From the NCBI GenBank assembly GCA_963674735.2, contig CAXXQS010000002.1, positions 1,856,001 to 1,920,000 of the forward strand: a DNA stretch of 64,000 bases. The letters run 5' to 3'. The position numbers and the translations under genes were made by a program. Of the stretch, positions 9,801 through 18,491 are shown piece by piece. Origin of the DNA: Myxococcota bacterium. GTDB lineage: Bacteria; Myxococcota_A; SURF-8. Position 1 is the first letter of the stretch, and each line of letters begins with the position of its first letter. Below the pieces are notes generated by a model that made no database searches, was not told the origin of the DNA, and saw only the letters and a list, made by a program, of their open reading frames with translations.

Positions 9801-11691
9801 TGGCGCGCGCGCTGATGCGGGCGTCGAAAGGTTGGGTCATCATCAGGCTCTTTCGCATGTTTTGCAGATCGAGACCGGCGTAGATATACATGGCGAAGTA
9901 CTCGCTCGGTCCGCCCACGACTTTGGGCATTTCCGCCGCGATGTCGGCAATGTTGAGGTAGAGATCTTCCACATCGTCGCCGTTGATATCGAAGCCGGGG
10001 ATTTCGATCGGCTCGATCGGATCGAGGGGAATCTGTCCCAGCACGCCGCTGATCAGGCTTTCGACATTGGCCGCCACATCGTCCGGGTTTTCGCCGAGAA
10101 TCGAGTAGGTGACGCGGAAATTGGAAAGGGTGACGTTATTGAGACCGAAGAGAATTTCGATCATGTTGTCGTCGGCGTTGATTCCGGCGAGCACTTCGAC
10201 GTCGACCACCAAGGTGAAGGTGCGCACATAGCGTTCTTCCACCAAGCCGTAGATGTTCATTTTGAGATCGTCGATCAACACCTTCAACGCGATGTCGGCG
10301 GTGACACCGTCGCCGAAGAGCGCATCCTCGCCGGTATATTCATCGGGTTCCAGAATGGCGAAGTCGATGGGCGAACTGGGCTCCAGTTTGAGGATCGTGG
10401 GGACGTTCTCGTTGTGCGTCAGTTTCTTGATCGAGGGCAGCAGCAGGGCGAAGTTCGAAAGGGAAATGTACGACCCGAAGTCGGGCAGGCTGCTGTCGAG
10501 GGCCAAACAAAGCAGGCCGGAATTGTGCACGGTGTAACCCGCCTGATCGAGGAATTCCTCGCGGATGCCGATTCCGGCGTGGTACGCGGTGTCGGCCATC
10601 GTGGTGGGTTCGATGCGGCCGAGCTGGGTGGTGGTCCAGTAGACTTTCTCGGTGCAGGGATCGGGAGAATCGGGCGGGTTCATGGTGCCGCCGAAGACGC
10701 CCAATTCGTAGCCCCAGTTACCCGCGCCCTGGGCGATGACCTGCGGCGTGCTGCCGCCCGCCAACAGCGAGGCCCAGATTCGGGCTTCGAGGTTCGGGAC
10801 GATGTCGCCGATGAGCGCGCCGGCATCGATTTCGGCTTCGAGGCCCAGCGGCGTCAACACACAGCGCTGGTCGCCGTGGTCGGGGGCGCGGCAGATGTCG
10901 CGCTCGGTGCAGCTCGAATTCCCCGGGCAGGGTTTGTCGGTGCACTTGACGCACTTGAGATCCTCGACGATTTCGGTCAGCATGCCGTTGATCGTATCGG
11001 CCAGGAGTCCGCCGAAGAGGTCCAGGATGCCCTGGATGACGTTGTTGGCAATTTGGGTGAGACAGCCCGAGAAGGCCAGCTGATCCACGACGGAATCCAC
11101 GTCGATGGGTTGGACGATGAAGTCCACCTGGCGGGTATCGGGGTCGGTATTGGCCAGAATCTGCGCTTCGATACGCAGACCGCGTCCGAACTGATCCTGG
11201 TTGATGGCGAAGATTTCCAGTGTGCAGATCGGCAGGGTGAACAGCGTAACCGGGATGCGCACCTTGAAATCGGCGGGCAGCCAGACGTAAGCGTCGATGG
11301 CGCTGCTGCTCTGACCCGCTTCGGGCGGCACCGGCTGGATCAGCATGTCGGCGATTTCCAGCTCGATCGTGCAGCCGCCGGGACAAACGCCGGTTCCGAT
11401 CACCGTTGATTCGGGAATCTCGAAGACGAGCTGGTCACCGGCGAGGGCGTCGATCAGACCGGCGCCGTTGGCGCTGAAGTAATCGAATCCGGCCTTGGTG
11501 ATGCGTGCGCGGGCGAGATTGTTGACTTTCTCGTAAAGGGGATATTCGCCCAGTTCCAAGGTACGGAAGCCATCACCCAGGCAGCCGTCTTCGCAGCCGA
11601 GATCCATCCCATCGCAGGAAATCATCTTGAATCCCAGGATGATCATTAAAATCCCGAACATGACCAATCGCTTTGGAGTGAGAGTTCTCAT
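6883..11691 (-). CDS. 1602-aa surface protein: BPI/LBP-like region, Ig/FN3-like domains, internal MYXO-CTERM plus second lipoprotein signal, Cys-rich region, beta-rich C-terminal domain
   Basis: RBS AAGGAG; ARITKAGFDY resembles the BPI N-terminal RISQKGLDY; internal SGC..WLALLLLLPLVILRRK followed by ALLSLIAVLALTVSAC. Confidence 0.85.
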   Translation of the reverse strand: MRTLTPKRLVMFGILMIILGFKMISCDGMDLGCEDGCLGDGFRTLELGEYPLYEKVNNLARARITKAGFDYFSANGAGLIDALAGDQLVFEIPESTVIGTGVCPGGCTIELEIADMLIQPVPPEAGQSSSAIDAYVWLPADFKVRIPVTLFTLPICTLEIFAINQDQFGRGLRIEAQILANTDPDTRQVDFIVQPIDVDSVVDQLAFSGCLTQIANNVIQGILDLFGGLLADTINGMLTEIVEDLKCVKCTDKPCPGNSSCTERDICRAPDHGDQRCVLTPLGLEAEIDAGALIGDIVPNLEARIWASLLAGGSTPQVIAQGAGNWGYELGVFGGTMNPPDSPDPCTEKVYWTTTQLGRIEPTTMADTAYHAGIGIREEFLDQAGYTVHNSGLLCLALDSSLPDFGSYISLSNFALLLPSIKKLTHNENVPTILKLEPSSPIDFAILEPDEYTGEDALFGDGVTADIALKVLIDDLKMNIYGLVEERYVRTFTLVVDVEVLAGINADDNMIEILFGLNNVTLSNFRVTYSILGENPDDVAANVESLISGVLGQIPLDPIEPIEIPGFDINGDDVEDLYLNIADIAAEMPKVVGGPSEYFAMYIYAGLDLQNMRKSLMMTQPFDARISARAIEKFVPDIQQLRQGMKPWVRLDLDGLDMDNGNRHLEYSFAVDRHGWTPWTQNRQPVITDNFLLWQGRHEIKVRARDMRHKSIVDTTPAIVPFTTDFTAPSLRLMREGHSLTFKASDNVATAAELRYRMRVNDGDWSTWSGRDSLDLATLTSFPAKVSVEVQDTLGNVTRETRTYGAAEPVAMVRKVKANGADPEAASGCASGASGAGWLALLLLLPLVILRRKSLNGGALLSLIAVLALTVSACSDSGSVGCVKNADCGAGEICMNGECAPAPDGDIDGDFDIHLDGDDPDGDDPDGDQEVDGDKPEEQIPCPDGVCPDCYFCGFDGMCQVQACDPNCDNENLSIPTCIEQLDDTCAACNMEGAGFFCEVPRCGEDADCSCLDCTTLGVPSLCRSSTGECYCPDICNGGCADGAMCCTSLNPAGDCFTCPGWCEGMACEPGFAPGGCDPTENDDCPLFTDWELCDNFKDETCSFEGPGTAGHESCFCQEMPPLDPGFYGRYNDIAVHNNQDVWLSAYNHTYGDLMVGRSTSSTNIEFLNDIEWIYLDGVPEGEPSAGPSGPRGGIEEEGDNVGKFTAIAMSANGWPRIAYQDADNGDLLFIYTNGETTGPVEDGDVDGDVDDEGEATRFKEGESLSDYVWTKIVVDSVGDTGYYIDMKLDSQGRAIISYMTAANEAGDTSALKLAMANSADPGDGDFVLTTVDTAPIGPAYCPSADCPEIKDIPFGLGHNSTLMTFPNDSLWLVYYHNTSYQQAGTDDGGSPYNDNVKQGNLKRARLDGGAPDPATLATATFSIDTLVGTASTLVTGDTGFFNSGAVIPSNGWWAVSFYNATLNQLQFVYDYGAGLRLHTADDGWRTDPQSNDYQVWLGADNNAIMASDGLRIVYQDQTEAKMMYYSAICSAEDCLDTDKTAILEMESDEYGSSYGYYPAQALVGGTTSLVSSYVVNLYKQSSSDKEDIKLMIHIAPPPPSR

Positions 11692-11906
11692 CGGCTACTC
11701 CTTGTTTTATGCCACCGACTTCGCGGTCGCCGATCCAATCTATGTGTTTCGAAACGGGTTTTGCTATTCATTTGCGGTTCCCGACTTTCCGTACTTCGCA
11801 CGCATCGTGCGAGCCCGGTGGAGCCGTGTTGATTACTGCTTCCATGGCGAGAAACATTCAGGTCTTATCTTTATAAATCTACACCAAAGTATCGGAAAAT
11901 GGCAAA

Positions 11907-12557
11907 TTAATCGAAGATGAAAGCCTTGACGCCCGGACGGCTGTTGATGGCCTTGATCAGTCGAGCGGCCAGTTTCTTTGCGGCCTTGCCCAGGGCTTTG
12001 GTTCCGGCGGCTTTTTCATTTGCATGAACGGCGTCGGCGTCTTCCGAGCCGGAAGCGACGATCTCGGCTGTTTTGGTGTTGACCACGCGCAGGGACACGG
12101 CGGCGTGGGCCGAAACCAGCGAGGAGCCTGACACCAATGTTCCGGTGGTGGCGATGGCACGGCCGACGACGATGAAGTCGGCCTTGTAAAGCTGTCCGAC
12201 CTGCCCGGCCTGCCGATTATCGGGAGAAATGGTTTGGAGGGGCTTTTCCACGGTGATGGTTGGGGTCAGTGCCTGGTGATCGACGACCGTGAAGCCGCGC
12301 CTGCGAAACGCCTCGGCGAAGGTGTTCTCCACCAGTCCCAGTTCGATGGCGTTGCTGCGGGGGCCGCTCGTGACCCACCAGGCCTGGATCGGGGTGTCGA
12401 TCAGTTGTTCGGCGATCAACAACAAGAAGACGGGCGGGTGTGCGCTGTTTGGCTTCGGTGTTTCCTCACTCCAAACAGCAGACGTGCAGGTTACGAGGAA
12501 AACCAAAAGAATTCCGGATGTTAGGACTTTAATACCGGATCGCACTCGCATCCCCAT
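11907..12557 (-). CDS. secreted CsgG/LpoB/TolB-N-like protein
   Basis: Signal peptide; GFTVVD, YKADFIVVG, LRVVNTKTAEIV pattern. Confidence 0.65.
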   Translation of the reverse strand: MGMRVRSGIKVLTSGILLVFLVTCTSAVWSEETPKPNSAHPPVFLLLIAEQLIDTPIQAWWVTSGPRSNAIELGLVENTFAEAFRRRGFTVVDHQALTPTITVEKPLQTISPDNRQAGQVGQLYKADFIVVGRAIATTGTLVSGSSLVSAHAAVSLRVVNTKTAEIVASGSEDADAVHANEKAAGTKALGKAAKKLAARLIKAINSRPGVKAFIFD

Positions 12558-12695
12558 GCTCCTTTGCCGTTGAGCGGCGCTTCAGGTGCGCCTTGGTTTG
12601 TGAGTTGGACCCAAGTATCGGGGGAAATATTTAAAAAATCAAGACAAATGCCCGAAAGACGGACTTTGGGGAGGGACGAGTTGGAGAGACGCCTT

Positions 12696-13160
12696 TCATA
12701 GGGTGTCGGTTTCAGCGTTGAACAGAGTCCCCGTGTCGAGAATCTGCCAGTCGGAGGCCACCGATTGGATCCATTCTTCCTTGCTGGGAACCGGATGCTC
12801 GACAATCTTTTCCCAGGCCGTCAACATGGTCGCGATGTCGTCGCTTTCCGTGGTATCCAAACTGGCCCAAAAACGTTCGGCGGCACTGCTCTCAATGTTG
12901 ATTTCTTCATTGATATCAGGTGGATCGGTGTCGATAAACAGAGTTGCCAGTGCCAGTAGAAGCGCCAGTGCGCCCAAGCTGGCCCACACCCGCCAAGCGA
13001 AGCCGCGTTGCGGAACTTCCGCCTTCACCTGTTGCAGGCTCATCCAGGCCGCATCGGCTTCGGCTTGCAGCCGCCCGCGTTCGATATGGGGAGGCATGGT
13101 GTCGAAATAACGTTTTATTTCAGTATTATAGGCTGTTTTTTTTGTGTCGGTTTCAGGCAT
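12696..13160 (-). CDS. putative anti-sigma factor (single TM)
   Basis: Overlaps the ECF sigma stop; central TM WASLGALALLLALATLFI; start trimmed to MPETD. Confidence 0.65.
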   Translation of the reverse strand: MPETDTKKTAYNTEIKRYFDTMPPHIERGRLQAEADAAWMSLQQVKAEVPQRGFAWRVWASLGALALLLALATLFIDTDPPDINEEINIESSAAERFWASLDTTESDDIATMLTAWEKIVEHPVPSKEEWIQSVASDWQILDTGTLFNAETDTL

Positions 13161-13704
13161 GTTCTTCCTCCAACCCGGCAGCCAGTTTCTTGCGGATCCG
13201 ATGGATGGCAACCCGGATCGCGCCCGTTTTGCGTCCGAGGATGTCGGCCATCTCCTGGTAAGTCAGATCTTCCTGGACGTGCAGGCGTATCATTTCGCGT
13301 TCGTCTGCGGAAAGGTGTTCCATCGCTCTTGCCACACGTCGCAATCCTTCGTCGGCAATCAGAGCGTACTCGGGGCCCTGATCGTCTGCGCGTTCCTGAT
13401 CGCCCAGGGGTTGTTCGTCGCGGCGTTTGCGTTGCCGCCACTGGTCCAAAGCCGTATTGCGGGCGATCCGGATGAGCCAACCTTTGATGGAACCTCGCCC
13501 GCCATAACCGGCCTCCGATTGGATCGCTTTCAAAAAGGCCTGCTGGACGATATCCCAGGCCGTTTCTTCGTTATGTGTCACTTGCCAGGCCGCCCGATGC
13601 ATCGATGGTGCATATTCGCTGTAGAGCGCATTGAACGACTCCCGATTGTTGCGCGCTTGGCGCCAGCGGTCGTGCTCGGCTGTATGATCACGTGTTGTGG
13701 CCAT
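13153..13704 (-). CDS. ECF RNA polymerase sigma factor
   Basis: Region 2 AWDIVQQAFL..WLIRIARNTALD; region 4 LTYQEMADILG..IHRIRKKL; RBS GAAAGGA before MATTRD. Confidence 0.92.
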   Translation of the reverse strand: MATTRDHTAEHDRWRQARNNRESFNALYSEYAPSMHRAAWQVTHNEETAWDIVQQAFLKAIQSEAGYGGRGSIKGWLIRIARNTALDQWRQRKRRDEQPLGDQERADDQGPEYALIADEGLRRVARAMEHLSADEREMIRLHVQEDLTYQEMADILGRKTGAIRVAIHRIRKKLAAGLEEEHA

Positions 13705-13723
13705 CACGATCCTTTCACTGACA

Positions 13724-13751
13724 AAGACGTCCGCCACAGGAAGGTGTTACA
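13724..13751 (-). promoter_or_regulatory. ECF-type autoregulatory promoter
   Basis: Minus strand TGTAAC-N16-CGTCTT just upstream of the sigma RBS. Confidence 0.65.
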
Positions 13752-14081
13752 AACTGGATGGATGTTGCGCGTTGTCCGGTGCATCCGTTTTTCTGGAGAA
13801 CCGGCTTCGAAGAAGAGTTGGGATGCCCGGAGGTGACGATCGAGTCGTGTCAAAACGGCGACAGTGTGGCGCAAATATTTCGCCTGTTTTGCCGGTTCGC
13901 CGATGTTTTTGCGTTTGCGAAAAGAACGGGTATAGGTGTTAATCGTCCGTTATCACTAGCCTATATTTGTTTTCAGAAACAATGGTTTGAATGTTGCATA
14001 CAATTACGAGCCATTTTAATTGAAGATCGCTTCATCCAAACCGATCTTACTGAGTAGGCAGCAACTTGAGGAGTATGAAAC

Positions 14082-14522
14082 ATGAGTTTGAGCCGAAAAA
14101 CAACGATGAAAATCTGGAGACGATCTCTGGCCACCATGATGCTGATCGCTGTGGCGGCTATCGGATATACGATCTACCATATGCAATCGGATCCGGAACT
14201 GCCCCCCGAAATGATTCTGCCGCTTCTTCAGGCCAAGCAAGGACCCAACGCGACGGAATTGCTGATGCAGAATTTCTCTGAAGCCTGGACCTTGAGTGAA
14301 GACTATCTCCTGGCTACCAGCACCCCCGAACTCAGGCAAATCGAACAGGAATTCGATCGTCGCATCAGCGCAATCGACCATGAACTCGATCGACTGCAGA
14401 CCGTTGAAGACGCCGGGGTGGAGATTCTGGTGGGCAACCTTCTACGGCTGAAAAACGATTTCAGCCGCGATGCCAAAACCAGTTTCGTTTTACACCGTCA
14501 GTCTCTCGGTCTGGAAAGTTGA
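14082..14522 (+). CDS. hypothetical membrane-anchored helical protein (resembles an isolated sensor domain)
   Basis: RBS GAGGAG; N-terminal TM, then amphipathic helices; no second TM. Confidence 0.6.
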   Translation: MSLSRKTTMKIWRRSLATMMLIAVAAIGYTIYHMQSDPELPPEMILPLLQAKQGPNATELLMQNFSEAWTLSEDYLLATSTPELRQIEQEFDRRISAIDHELDRLQTVEDAGVEILVGNLLRLKNDFSRDAKTSFVLHRQSLGLES

Positions 14523-14548
14523 CGGCTTGTGAGCCCCGGCCATCTCGC

Positions 14549-14953
14549 CTAGGCTTCGCCCGCTTCACCTTCGCCGTAATGGCGGCCGATGGCTTCGGCG
14601 AACAGATCCACCACTTCTTCCTGATTGGCGCCCGATAAGGTCAACTGCGCGATGACATCCTGCAGCTCGTCGAGCAGGATGTTCTTTTCGGGCTTTTGTT
14701 CATTGGATACGTGGGTGCCGCAGACGCGCGCTCCCAGTCCGTGGCGAATCTCGATCAGACCTTCTTTTTCCAACAGGCGGTAGGCTTTGGCTACCGTGTT
14801 GAAATTGATGTCCAACTGAGCTCCCAAATCGCGCACGGATGGCAGGAACGTTCCCACTTCCACCACGCCTCTGGCGATTTGAACGCGAATACGCCGTACC
14901 ACCTGGTGCACCAACGGCACATTCGATTCCGGATCGATCCGGTAAGCTTGCAT
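14549..14953 (-). CDS. GntR-family regulator, YtrA subfamily
   Basis: LPSVRDLGAQLDINFNTVAKAYRLLEKEG; short C-terminal domain. Confidence 0.92.
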   Translation of the reverse strand: MQAYRIDPESNVPLVHQVVRRIRVQIARGVVEVGTFLPSVRDLGAQLDINFNTVAKAYRLLEKEGLIEIRHGLGARVCGTHVSNEQKPEKNILLDELQDVIAQLTLSGANQEEVVDLFAEAIGRHYGEGEAGEA

Positions 14954-14979
14954 CCTTCCCTCCTTGTCGTGTCGGATGT

Positions 14980-15035
14980 GTGTACCATGGTTAGATACAC
15001 TGAGTGGATTATATTAGACAGTTCAAGCAGGTCAA
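14980..15035 (-). promoter_or_regulatory. sigma70 promoter and YtrA-type operator for the GntR gene
   Basis: Minus strand TTGACC-16-TATAAT (15035-15008); palindrome GTGTA-N11-TACAC at 14980-15000. Confidence 0.7.
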
Positions 15036-15168
15036 GAAAAAAACGAGAAAAAACCGCCGGTCTTTGCACTGGATTTTTCCTACCACCCATGGTAGAACGT
15101 CGAATCCGATGGGACGCTGCGTGAAGGGGGCGCGACGGACGCGCCGAAGCGGCCGAACGGGAGGTGAG

Positions 15169-16461
15169 ATGCGACAGACGGTAATACTCGGGGCCGGTCT
15201 GGCCGGGATGTCCACGGCCTACCACCTGGGTGGCGATTACGAAGTGTTCGAACGTCAGAAACACCCGGGCGGACTGGTCACGACCCGTGAGCGGGACGGC
15301 TTTTTTTTCGACCAGACCGGGCATTGGCTGCATATGCGCGATGCGGGTATCCGGGAGCTGGTCGCGCGCCAGTTGCCGCACCGGATGGTGCAGGTGGAGC
15401 GCGACTCCCGTATCTTTTCAAAAGGCGTCCTGACCCCTTACCCGTTTCAGACCAACACCCACGGCCTGCCGGTGGAGGTGGTCAAGGAAATCATCCAGGG
15501 TTTCGTCGAGGCGGTCCTGCTCAATCCTTCCCGCGAGGAGCCGCAAACCTTCGCCGACTGGGTGCTGCGCTACATGGGGCCCGGCATCGCCAAACACTTC
15601 ATGTTACCCTACAACCGCAAATTGTGGTGTACCGATCCGGCCGATATGACGCCCCACTGGTGCCAGCACTACGTTCCCAAACCGACGCTGGACCAATTGC
15701 TCGATGGCGCTTTGCGCCCGCCGCGGCAACGCATCGGTTACAACGCCTCGTTTGTCTATCCCGCCACGGGCGGCATCGGCAGGTTGTCGACGGCGCTTGC
15801 TTCCGCGTTGGACGCGGATCACATTCAATACAAGGTCGAACCGACGGTCATCCACGCCAAAAAACGCAGCATGACGCTCTCCAACGGGGAGACCATCGGC
15901 TACCGAAATCTGGTCAGTTCCATACCGCTGCCGGAACTCATCAAGCTGATCGCGGATGCGCCGCAAACGGTTCGGCGCGCGGCTGAGCGGCTGGTTCACA
16001 ATCAGGTGGCCTATTACAACATCGCCGTGGATGGTCCGGTGGGCAACCCGGCGCACTGGGTTTACTATGCGGAAGAGCCTTTCGTCTTTTACCGTGCGGG
16101 TTGCTACTCCAATGCCGTGCCCAGCATGGCCCCCAAAGACAAAGCCAGCCTGTATGTGGAAATCAGCCATCGTGGCGATCTGCCGAACAAGCGCAGCTTG
16201 TGGAACCGCGTATTGAAAGGTCTGCTGGACAGCGGACTTTTACCGTCGCGCGAGGCGTTGCGTTTCTACGAATTCCACAATATTCCATACGCGTACGTGG
16301 TGTTCGATCGCCATTACGCCAAAAGCCTGGCTGTCATTCATCCGTGGCTTAAGCGTTACGGAATCCAGTCAATCGGCCGCTATGGCCGTTGGACCTATAA
16401 TTCCATGGAAACGGCCATGACCGATGGTCGTGAAGCTGCGACCTTGATACAATCGGCCTGA
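15169..16461 (+). CDS. FAD-dependent oxidoreductase (protoporphyrinogen-oxidase/UDP-galactopyranose-mutase-like)
   Basis: ILGAGLAG, FDQTGHWLH, IGRYGRWTY; RBS GGAGG. Confidence 0.85.
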   Translation: MRQTVILGAGLAGMSTAYHLGGDYEVFERQKHPGGLVTTRERDGFFFDQTGHWLHMRDAGIRELVARQLPHRMVQVERDSRIFSKGVLTPYPFQTNTHGLPVEVVKEIIQGFVEAVLLNPSREEPQTFADWVLRYMGPGIAKHFMLPYNRKLWCTDPADMTPHWCQHYVPKPTLDQLLDGALRPPRQRIGYNASFVYPATGGIGRLSTALASALDADHIQYKVEPTVIHAKKRSMTLSNGETIGYRNLVSSIPLPELIKLIADAPQTVRRAAERLVHNQVAYYNIAVDGPVGNPAHWVYYAEEPFVFYRAGCYSNAVPSMAPKDKASLYVEISHRGDLPNKRSLWNRVLKGLLDSGLLPSREALRFYEFHNIPYAYVVFDRHYAKSLAVIHPWLKRYGIQSIGRYGRWTYNSMETAMTDGREAATLIQSA

Positions 16462-16486
16462 CCTGCAAGATGTAAACGAGGAAGTC

Positions 16487-17545
16487 ATGAGTACCAACGT
16501 AACGGAAAAAAAGCCAGCCAAGACCCCATCAACCGCGAAACCGGCGGCTAAGAAAAGCGGTTCGACTGCGAAAAAGGCGGCGGCGAAGAAGCCGGTGAGC
16601 AAAAAACCGGCCGCGAAGAAAGCTGCGCCCAAGAAGGCTGCGTCCAAGAAAACGGCAGCCAAGAAAACGGCAGCCAAGCCGGTGACCGAAAAAAAGACGC
16701 CGACTAAAAGCACGGTCAAGAAAGCGGCTTCCCCCAAAGTTGACACTTCCAAGCCGATGGCCAAGGCCAGTGAGCCGGTGGTGAGCGAGCCGAAAACGCC
16801 GACTCCTGCGGCCGCTTCGCCTGCGCCTCGAAAGGTGGCTCCGCCGTTGCTCAGTATCGTGATCCCCGTCTACAACGAAGAGCTGATCCTGTTCGGCAGC
16901 GTCGAGCAACTGGTCGCCAAGCTCGATAAACTCGATTTGACCTACGAAATCATCCTGGCCCAGAACGGATCGAAAGACCGCACGGCCGATATCGCTTCGG
17001 AATTGAGCGGCAAACACGACAATGTGATCGCCCACGATTACGAGGAGCCCAACTATGGCGCGGCCTTGAAAAAAGGCATTCTGGCGGCCAAGGGCCGTTA
17101 CGTGATCTGCGACGAAATCGATCTGTGCGATGTGCGCTTCTATGAAGGTGCATTGGACCAGCTGGTTCCGGGACGCGCCGATATGGTGGTCGGATCGAAA
17201 ACCCTGGCCCAGTCCAACGACGATCGGCCTCTGATGCGGCGGGTCGCCACGCGCGTTCTCAACGGCATGCTGCGTGTGGGGGTCGGCTTCAAGGGTACCG
17301 ACACCCACGGCTTGAAAGCCTTCAACCGGGAACGCATTCTGCCGGTGGTGCGACGCTGCGAATTGGACAAAGATTTGTTTGCGTCCGAACTGGTGATTCG
17401 TGCCGAACGCGATGGCTTCACGGTGATGGACATTCCGCTGGACGTTCGTGAAATGCGTGCGCCCTCCATCAATTTGTACCGCCGCGTGCCGAAGGTGCTC
17501 AAAGACTTCGCGCGTCTGATTTACCTGATCCGTATCAAAGGCTGA
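16487..17545 (+). CDS. GT2 glycosyltransferase (polyprenol-phosphate glycosyl synthase-like) with Lys/Ala-rich N-terminal extension
   Basis: SIVIPVYNEE, NGSKDRT, DEID, TDTHGLKAF; N-terminal ~115 aa of KKPAAKK-type sequence. Confidence 0.88.
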   Translation: MSTNVTEKKPAKTPSTAKPAAKKSGSTAKKAAAKKPVSKKPAAKKAAPKKAASKKTAAKKTAAKPVTEKKTPTKSTVKKAASPKVDTSKPMAKASEPVVSEPKTPTPAAASPAPRKVAPPLLSIVIPVYNEELILFGSVEQLVAKLDKLDLTYEIILAQNGSKDRTADIASELSGKHDNVIAHDYEEPNYGAALKKGILAAKGRYVICDEIDLCDVRFYEGALDQLVPGRADMVVGSKTLAQSNDDRPLMRRVATRVLNGMLRVGVGFKGTDTHGLKAFNRERILPVVRRCELDKDLFASELVIRAERDGFTVMDIPLDVREMRAPSINLYRRVPKVLKDFARLIYLIRIKG

Positions 17546-17561
17546 AAGCGTCGAGGCCGCC

Positions 17562-18491
17562 ATGCTGCCGGTTTGCATTACCATCGATCTGGACTCGCTA
17601 TACTGCTACCAAGGCATCTACGGCCTGCCTGCCGACGAGGATGACAACCTCATTTACGAAGTCGGGCTGGAACGTTTTGCCAACCTCATGGAAGAATACG
17701 GCCTGCGCGGAACCTTGTTTGTGGTCGGGCGCGACCTTCAGATAGGGGACAACCCGCGTATCCTGCGCTATCTGGCCGAACGCGGTTTCGAAATCGCCAG
17801 CCATACTCAAAACCACGATTACAACCTGATCCGTTTGACCGGCGAGCACTTGCAGAATGAAGTGAGTGACGGCAAGGCACGGCTGGAGGACGCCGTCGGA
17901 CGCGAGGTGGTGGGCTTTCGTGCTCCCGGTTACAATATGAGCGAACGCCTGCTCGATGCCCTGGAGCGGGCCGGGCATGTGTACGATAGTTCGGTGTTTC
18001 CCTGTACGCCCTACTATTTCACCAAGGCGGCGGTGCTCACGCGCATGATGCTTTCCGGGCGTCACAGTCACTCGATTCTGGGGGGACCGCAGGTGCTCAG
18101 GGCCCCGCGTGTGCCCTATCATCCGGCCCGGCAGGCCTACTGGAAAAGCGGGAACCGATCCATTCTGGAGTTGCCGATTTCCACCAGTCCCGTTTTCCGC
18201 TTTCCGTTTTTGGGATCTTTCATTATACTGATGGGTGAAACCCGGTTTCCTCTGTTATACGGAATGCTCAAGGGGTCGCCCTGCCTGGTGCTGGAGTTCC
18301 ATGGAATGGACTTCATCGACGGTCGGCGGGACGGTCTGGATCGTGCGCTATGGAAGCAGCCCGATATTGCCGTAAGCTGGGAAACCAAGGAGGCGCTTTA
18401 CCGGCGTCTGTTCGAGACCCTCAAATCCCAGCGCGAGGTGATGACGCTTGCCGAAGCGGCGTCCCTCATCACGGAGGCGAACGGTGGCTGA
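17562..18491 (+). CDS. polysaccharide deacetylase (NodB family)
   Basis: ITIDLD, EIASHTQNH, GFRAPGY, YDSSVFP. Confidence 0.9.
   Translation: MLPVCITIDLDSLYCYQGIYGLPADEDDNLIYEVGLERFANLMEEYGLRGTLFVVGRDLQIGDNPRILRYLAERGFEIASHTQNHDYNLIRLTGEHLQNEVSDGKARLEDAVGREVVGFRAPGYNMSERLLDALERAGHVYDSSVFPCTPYYFTKAAVLTRMMLSGRHSHSILGGPQVLRAPRVPYHPARQAYWKSGNRSILELPISTSPVFRFPFLGSFIILMGETRFPLLYGMLKGSPCLVLEFHGMDFIDGRRDGLDRALWKQPDIAVSWETKEALYRRLFETLKSQREVMTLAEAASLITEANGG

Noticed and set aside
6772-11409. 785-aa and 696-aa plus-strand ORFs
   Set aside because: Antisense shadows of the 1602-aa gene, typical of high-GC codon bias.
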